Assembly: GCA_964291655.2 (NCBI GenBank)
Contig: OZ219802.1
Coordinates: forward strand, 1,280,001-1,344,000
From: Chloroflexota bacterium
GTDB taxonomy: Bacteria > Chloroflexota > UBA11872 > VXOZ01
DNA length: 64,000 nt
Direction of reading: 5' to 3'
The translations under genes were made by a program, and so were the position numbers. Shown in pieces: positions 58,623 through 64,000 of the stretch; position 1 is the stretch's first letter; each line of letters opens with the position of its first letter. The notes under the pieces are model-generated. The model saw nothing but the letters and a program-made list of their open reading frames with translations. It searched no databases and had not been told where the DNA came from.

Positions 58623-59887
58623 TGTACAGACCGGGGACATAGGTAACAGATGTTCGGGTAGATAGGTTACACATTTTGTGCTCTGAGGTCTATGGTTTTT
58701 ACTCTTTGGATCGAGAAGTACACGTCCCAGACACCGTCCGTTCGGGTGGGTCGCAGGGCGACTTGCTTGTGCGTGAAGGCCCTGCCCACACGGAGCCGTC
58801 TGCCTTGGAAGGAGATGCGGCCGGAGACATCGACGCTGCGTACGCGGTCGTCGGGAGCGTAGGCGAGGGCAGGCAAGGTCTCTGGGAAAGGGCGAGGACT
58901 AGGCGTGTATCTGGTAATGGGAGTGTCGAGATCGAGGGCATGGTGTGGGCGTTCCAAGTTGTAGAAGTGGCGCCAGGTGTCAAAGGCGCGCTGGCAATGG
59001 TCCAGGTCGGTAAAGGTGGTCCCTGCCAGCAGTTCGCTCTTGAGGGAGCGGTGGAAGCGTTCCAGCTTGCCGAGTGTCTGGGGATGGTAGGGTCGGCTGT
59101 GCAGGACGTTGATGCCCAGCTGCATGAGCCAGACGGTGAGGGGCGTGAAGGGCTGGGCACTGTCGTTACCCCAGGGAGAGCCGTTGTCCATGAGCATGGC
59201 CTGGGGCAAGCCGTAGCGGCGAAAGACAGCGGTGAGGCGGTCTTGGACCGTCTCTCCCCGCTCGTTGGCACAGGCCTGTAACCCGAGGTTGAAGCGGGAG
59301 TGATCGTCTAGGAGGGTGAGAGGATGACAGCGGTTCTGCTGCATGACGAAATGTCCCTTGAAGTCCATCTGCCACAGCTCGTTGGGCTGGGGTCGTTCGA
59401 AGCGCACATGGGGCGTGTGCTTGGCGCTCTGGGCTGGATCGATGAGCCCATGGCGTTTGAGAATGGCATTGATGGTGCTCTTGGCCGGCACGTCGGTGAC
59501 CCCCTGGTCCTGCAGCATCCGGCGCAGCACGTGTGCGCCTTTCTTCGGATGCGCCAGGCGCAAGGCGATGATGCGCTCCTCCAGCGCCGGGCGCGTGCGG
59601 TGCGGACACGTGTGCGGCCGCCGCGACCGGTCGTGCAAACCGTCTTCGCCAGCTTTCGCATACCGCTCCAGCGTCTTGTACGCCGTCTTGCGACTGATCT
59701 CCAGACGGCGACACAGCTCGCTGATGTTGGCCCCTTCCATCAGTGCCAGTGCAATGAACTCCTTGCGTTCAGACACAACCGTACTCTCCTTCCAAGGCAT
59801 GGCGCTCCTCCATCTGTAAGAATCTCCATGCCTTAAGGTGTAACCTATGTGCCCGAACATGTGTAACCCATGTACCCGGTCTATACA
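58623..59887 (-). mobile_element. IS481-family insertion sequence
   Basis: TGT...ACA ends, ~26-bp imperfect IRs, 5-bp direct repeat GGGAG. Confidence 0.92.
58667..59800 (-). CDS. IS481-family transposase (rve integrase core)
   Basis: MPWKE, HTH, WQMDFKG, DDHSR, DNG, HPQTLGKLERFH. Confidence 0.95.
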   Translation of the reverse strand: MPWKESTVVSERKEFIALALMEGANISELCRRLEISRKTAYKTLERYAKAGEDGLHDRSRRPHTCPHRTRPALEERIIALRLAHPKKGAHVLRRMLQDQGVTDVPAKSTINAILKRHGLIDPAQSAKHTPHVRFERPQPNELWQMDFKGHFVMQQNRCHPLTLLDDHSRFNLGLQACANERGETVQDRLTAVFRRYGLPQAMLMDNGSPWGNDSAQPFTPLTVWLMQLGINVLHSRPYHPQTLGKLERFHRSLKSELLAGTTFTDLDHCQRAFDTWRHFYNLERPHHALDLDTPITRYTPSPRPFPETLPALAYAPDDRVRSVDVSGRISFQGRRLRVGRAFTHKQVALRPTRTDGVWDVYFSIQRVKTIDLRAQNV

Positions 59888-60324
59888 GGGAGAGGGTTGG
59901 GGTGAGGGAGTTTCTTGGCTGCAATGGCCTCATAAAGTGTTCGTTGTCTAGATATCTCACTTAGAAATAGGCATGCATATGTAGCGAATGCAGGAGATTC
60001 ACCCTCACCCCCGTATCACGTACGGGGCAGGCTCTAGCCCTCTCCCGTCGAGGGAGAGGGAACTCTCTCGCTTCCGCTAGGGTTACGCAAAGGTCTCCCC
60101 TGGGAGAAGGGGTTTACTCGCCGGTAGGCTTGGGTTGTGCAAAGAACTCCCCAGTTAGAATGGGGTTACTTGCCTGCCGGCTTGGGTTTCACAAGGGTCT
60201 CCACGGGAGAGGCACAGCGTGAGGGCACGTCTTTTAGATCCTCCACACTCCCCCCTGACTCTACGGCAGCACCCGCTGCCTGCCAGCCATGGGCGAGCGG
60301 TACACTCAGATGAGATGGCTCTCT

Positions 60325-61128
60325 CTACGGCCACGTGCCGGCGAGCGCCCGCTTCAACGTATCGCCGCGCATGCCACAGCGCAGCGCCTCCAGCGCCAGG
60401 ATGTCTTCCGGCGGAATGTTGCCCAGGTTGACGTTCGGGCCGAATTCGAGGATAAGCCACTGCTGCTGGTTCTTGATCGGCGCTTCCCAGATGAGGTCTT
60501 CCACATTGTTGATGCCGCCCAAGATTTCTTGCACCATATCGCTCTGCACGTCGCCGCTGGCATCGAAAATTCCGACGCCGTGACCGGACTCCCGCGCCTC
60601 CACGATCACTTTGTCGGCGCCTTGCGCGAGGTCGCTGGCAATCTGCTCGTGCATGGTGGTCGTGGCGATGGCGTCCTTGGGGTCCTTTTTGCCCACCTCG
60701 GTGAGGACCTTGAACCCGGCGTCCTTGGCACGCTTGATGATGTCTGTGCGGGTGGCCGCATCCATTTCGATGGTGCCGTCGGAGACCTCGATAGTATTAA
60801 AGCCAAGCTCCTTGGCGCGCAGCACATACTCTGGCAACTTGCCCTGCGCCACCGCTGCCTCCAAGAACGTCCCGCCGGGGTAAATGTCCACGCCGGCGTC
60901 CTGGACAAGCGCAATCTTTTCCCGCAGCACGCTCTCCTCATAGAAAGCGGAGGTGCCGAAGGTGAGCTTGAGCGAATCGATGACGTGGCGCGCCATCTGC
61001 ATCAAGTCTGCAGTGGCGTACATTCCCAGCCCCTTATCAAGCACCATCGTATATCCGGTAGCACGCGGTTTTTGGTTTACGCGCGTCCGCACCGGCGGAT
61101 CGACAATTCCTTCCCAGGCTTGTGGCAT
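60325..61128 (-). CDS. comA: Phosphosulfolactate synthase
   Basis: VLDKG, KLTFGTS, PGGTFLE, IEVSDG, EVGKK, EARESG, WEAP, GPNVNLGNI, LEALR.G.RGDT. Confidence 0.9.
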   Translation of the reverse strand: MPQAWEGIVDPPVRTRVNQKPRATGYTMVLDKGLGMYATADLMQMARHVIDSLKLTFGTSAFYEESVLREKIALVQDAGVDIYPGGTFLEAAVAQGKLPEYVLRAKELGFNTIEVSDGTIEMDAATRTDIIKRAKDAGFKVLTEVGKKDPKDAIATTTMHEQIASDLAQGADKVIVEARESGHGVGIFDASGDVQSDMVQEILGGINNVEDLIWEAPIKNQQQWLILEFGPNVNLGNIPPEDILALEALRCGMRGDTLKRALAGTWP

Positions 61129-61189
61129 ATGCTAATCTCTCCTCGTTATCAAAGTTATGCATCCATCTGCTTGAACAGTCCATGTTCCC

Positions 61190-61316
61190 CAGGGCGAGCA
61201 GTTCCCCCTCCCAGGGGAGGCGAGCAGTTCCCTCTCCCGGGAGAGGCGAGCCATTCCCTCTCCATGGGGGAAGCGAGCAGTTCCCTCTCCTGGGGGAGAG
61301 GGTTAGGGTGAGGGGG
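61190..61316. repeat. Short tandem degenerate repeats of GCGAGCAGTTCCCTCTCC...GAG
   Basis: Four ~27-bp units ending in GGGAGAGGGTTAGGGTGAGGGG. Confidence 0.7.
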
Positions 61317-61501
61317 CATCCCGAAGGCATCGCATTAGACACCTTCGCGAAACGCACCGCGCCTCGTGTCCCCCGTAGCGCAGGCCCCTCGACAGAACCT
61401 GTGCTAAGCACTTTGACAGGCTCAGCACTGGCCTGCCGGAGTTCTCAGAACTAGCTTGAAACCTGCGCCGCTTGCGAATCCTGCTCGTCTCTTCTCCTTA
61501 C

Positions 61502-62575
61502 CTACAGTCCTTCCATACAGTTATGCGTGCCTGCCAGGGTGTCCTTGGCACGAATGATCAAAGCGGTGTGGTCGTGGACCAGGCGGTTCATGCCGTCGAG
61601 ACGTTTAGCCGCAATGTCCGGCGCGTCAGTGCTGGCAATTGGAATGCGGTCATACAGCAAGCCCGTACCGCCGATCTTCTCGGAAGCGTTATCGAACAGG
61701 AGCTTGACCATCTTGGGGCCGGGAGCCACGTCTGAGACGACCGCGGTCTCTCGCCCGGATTCGATCTTGGGGAAAAGCAGCGAGAGTCGCGGATTCACAA
61801 TTTCGTCGAACTCCGGCGCAACCGGCGCCAGGTCCACCGCCAGCTTGTGCGACCACACGTTCTTGACATCAGGCAAGTCCAGATCAAGCCGCTCTACCGC
61901 TTCCGGAAAATCATGGACAAAGTTGCCTTGGCGAATGTTGTCCACCAGCGAACCCTTGTGGAAGACCACGTCGCTGCCGCGGAATTCCAAGTGTGTCATC
62001 TCCGTACTGAATACCTGATAGCCGCGCCGCAGCCCTTCCAACAGAAAGACCGTTTTGCCTGCACCGGCCCCGCCGACCACGAGCATCAGCTCGTTTTGCT
62101 CAGGCAGGTACAGGGCGGAGGCATGGAAGCTAAAGATGTTGAACCGGCGTTCCAGCACCACCAGCGCAAAGCGAAAGAACAGTCCCAGGTTGCCGAAGAG
62201 CGAGCAGCGCCGGTCTGAGCACGCGGCCTCCAGTGCGCTGAAGTCAGCCACGGCGATGACCTCGTCCGTACCAACATGCACATACGGTGACGCCTGGGGC
62301 ACGTCCAGGATGAACATGCGGGCATCCAGCGGCTCGGCGTAGGGAATCTCCGGCACCTCGTGCACGTTCGTCACGAGCGACTGGATCACCGTGCGGCTCT
62401 CAAAGAACTCCGGGTTGCTGATAAGCTGCCGGTTGTTGGAGACCAACCCAAACCGCGCCTGCAGGACCCGCACCGCACGCCGGGCCAGGCCTTCGAGCTC
62501 AGGCTTTTTTGCCAAGGATGAACTGAAAGAGTTAGCTTGCTCGACGTTCATTGAGGTGGAATCCCCTATCCACAC
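61502..62575 (-). CDS. Hypothetical protein with HPr kinase/PEPCK-like P-loop
   Basis: FHASAL...GGAGAGKT; start uncertain. Confidence 0.6.
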   Translation of the reverse strand: MWIGDSTSMNVEQANSFSSSLAKKPELEGLARRAVRVLQARFGLVSNNRQLISNPEFFESRTVIQSLVTNVHEVPEIPYAEPLDARMFILDVPQASPYVHVGTDEVIAVADFSALEAACSDRRCSLFGNLGLFFRFALVVLERRFNIFSFHASALYLPEQNELMLVVGGAGAGKTVFLLEGLRRGYQVFSTEMTHLEFRGSDVVFHKGSLVDNIRQGNFVHDFPEAVERLDLDLPDVKNVWSHKLAVDLAPVAPEFDEIVNPRLSLLFPKIESGRETAVVSDVAPGPKMVKLLFDNASEKIGGTGLLYDRIPIASTDAPDIAAKRLDGMNRLVHDHTALIIRAKDTLAGTHNCMEGL

Positions 62576-62935
62576 GCGGCCGGCCTCAGTGGTCAGCCGA
62601 GCATAGGCAACCGCGCCGCCTCCCGGGTAGCGTAGGTTTGTAACCTACGCTTAGCCGTCGCGGCAGCCGCCCACAGTGCTGCCACTCTAGCACGGCAATG
62701 GGACTCGTACAAGGTGAACGAAGGCTGCCACCGTCCCAAGAAATGGTCCCAATCTCGCGCTAGCAAGTGAGAATTCACGTCGAGGCAGATTAGTGGATGC
62801 CCCTTGGCAGTACATAGACACGCATCACCAATTCTACTTCGTGACCATTCGCAACTTTAGAAACTCGTGCGGTACACTGGTAAGGCAATCTATGCACGGT
62901 CAATTCACTGTCATCAACCCTTCAGGACGGTATCC

Positions 62936-63715
62936 ATGCGTCTTGCGGTCCTCGCCGACATTCACGGCAACATTCACGCCCTTGAAGCAGTGCTCGCGGA
63001 CCTAAAGCAGCAGGGGCCGGACATGGTCGCGGTGTTGGGCGATAGCGTGGTGAAATTTGCGCACAACCGCGCTGTACTGGAGGCGTTGGACGGTATTCCC
63101 CACGTGGGCATTGCCGGGAACATGGAGCGGGGCTTGCAGATGCTGCTTGGCGACGAGTGCGCCGAATTGACGCAGTATGACACCGGCAAAGGGGTGCAGT
63201 ATCTCAAACGGCAGGCGCTCGCGGAGCTCGGGATGGAGCGCGTGGCGCAGTTCCGCGACCTTCCGACCGAACGATCTCTGACTCTGCTGGAGAACCAGGA
63301 TACATTGCTTTGTCACGGCTCGCCTGGATACCTCACTGAGTCTATCTATCCCGCGCCGGATGCCGCGCCGCCGGGTCCGGATCAGCCAACCACGACGGGT
63401 GGCGAACTTCACGACAAACTACAGGATGTCACCGCTCGCCTCGTGCTCTGTGCCCATAGCCACCGGCGCGTGGAACGCCGCTATAATGGAATACTGGTGG
63501 TCAATCCCGGCGGGGTCGCCCATACCTACGAACGGAAGCATGATGCGCGCGCCTGCTACGCGGTCTTGACGCACACCGGCGGCGACTGGGACGTGGACTT
63601 CCGCTTGGTACCCTACGACGGCGATCGCGCGGTGCGGGAGATGCTGGCAGCCGTGCCGCCGGCTGCCGACAGCGCCCGCCGCTACTTGGAACGCATTGCG
63701 GAGTACGTCGTCTGA
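62936..63715 (+). CDS. Metallophosphoesterase (YfcE-like)
   Basis: ADIHGN, LGD, GN, CHGSP, AHSH, NPG. Confidence 0.9.
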   Translation: MRLAVLADIHGNIHALEAVLADLKQQGPDMVAVLGDSVVKFAHNRAVLEALDGIPHVGIAGNMERGLQMLLGDECAELTQYDTGKGVQYLKRQALAELGMERVAQFRDLPTERSLTLLENQDTLLCHGSPGYLTESIYPAPDAAPPGPDQPTTTGGELHDKLQDVTARLVLCAHSHRRVERRYNGILVVNPGGVAHTYERKHDARACYAVLTHTGGDWDVDFRLVPYDGDRAVREMLAAVPPAADSARRYLERIAEYVV

Positions 63716-64000
63716 GTGCCTAAGAGATATGAGAACTCATTTGCCAGTTTCGCGGCTAGTTCCTGTAGGATCCTCGTAGCGCGGGGGCTTGTCCCCCGCC
63801 CTTGGGTGAGACCGGCGTGATGCAGGCCATGGAACCTGTTCTAGCCCATAGCACCCAAACCAGAATAGATTGATTCCGCGCCCCCCGCGCGGGGGCGAGC
63901 GTGCGCGGGAATGACGGATCGCGGCTGTCCATGATTCGTTTGGAGTGCTGCGAGACCCATGGGGTCAAGTGCGGCACGTAGCGCGGGGGCTTGTCCCCCG

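Larger units (their letters stand above)
58569..60097. mobile_element. MITE-like element (same family as 20934-21180) carrying a nested IS481
   Basis: GAGACCTTTGCATAACC ... GGTTACGCAAAGGTCTC inverted ends. Confidence 0.65.

Overview
GC-rich bacterial chromosome segment. It is probably an uncultured Chloroflexota-like heterotroph; this is inference from the LeuRS style, the paralog expansions and the dense REP-like palindromes. Most of the window is leuS plus catabolic and hypothetical enzymes separated by several families of short palindromic repeats. The standout is a 9-kb, five-gene block (35.7-44.4 kb) lying inside an array of three NIF3-like paralogs. It encodes an ERG6-type sterol 24-C-methyltransferase, a Neverland/KshA-type Rieske oxygenase, a GPP34(GOLPH3/Vps74)-cytochrome P450 fusion with an atypical I-helix, a COG2907-type flavoprotein and an MMPL/RND transporter. 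No sterol cyclase is present in the window, so this is a candidate system for importing and remodelling exogenous (host) sterols. Three thioredoxin-fold genes are split by in-frame UGA codons at the catalytic position (UxxC, UxxC, UxxS), each followed by a SECIS-like hairpin, so they are probable selenoproteins. An IS1182 and an IS481 have both inserted into the same palindromic repeat family. MITE-like elements are present, one as both an empty and an IS481-filled copy. All calls come from motif reading; no searches were run.
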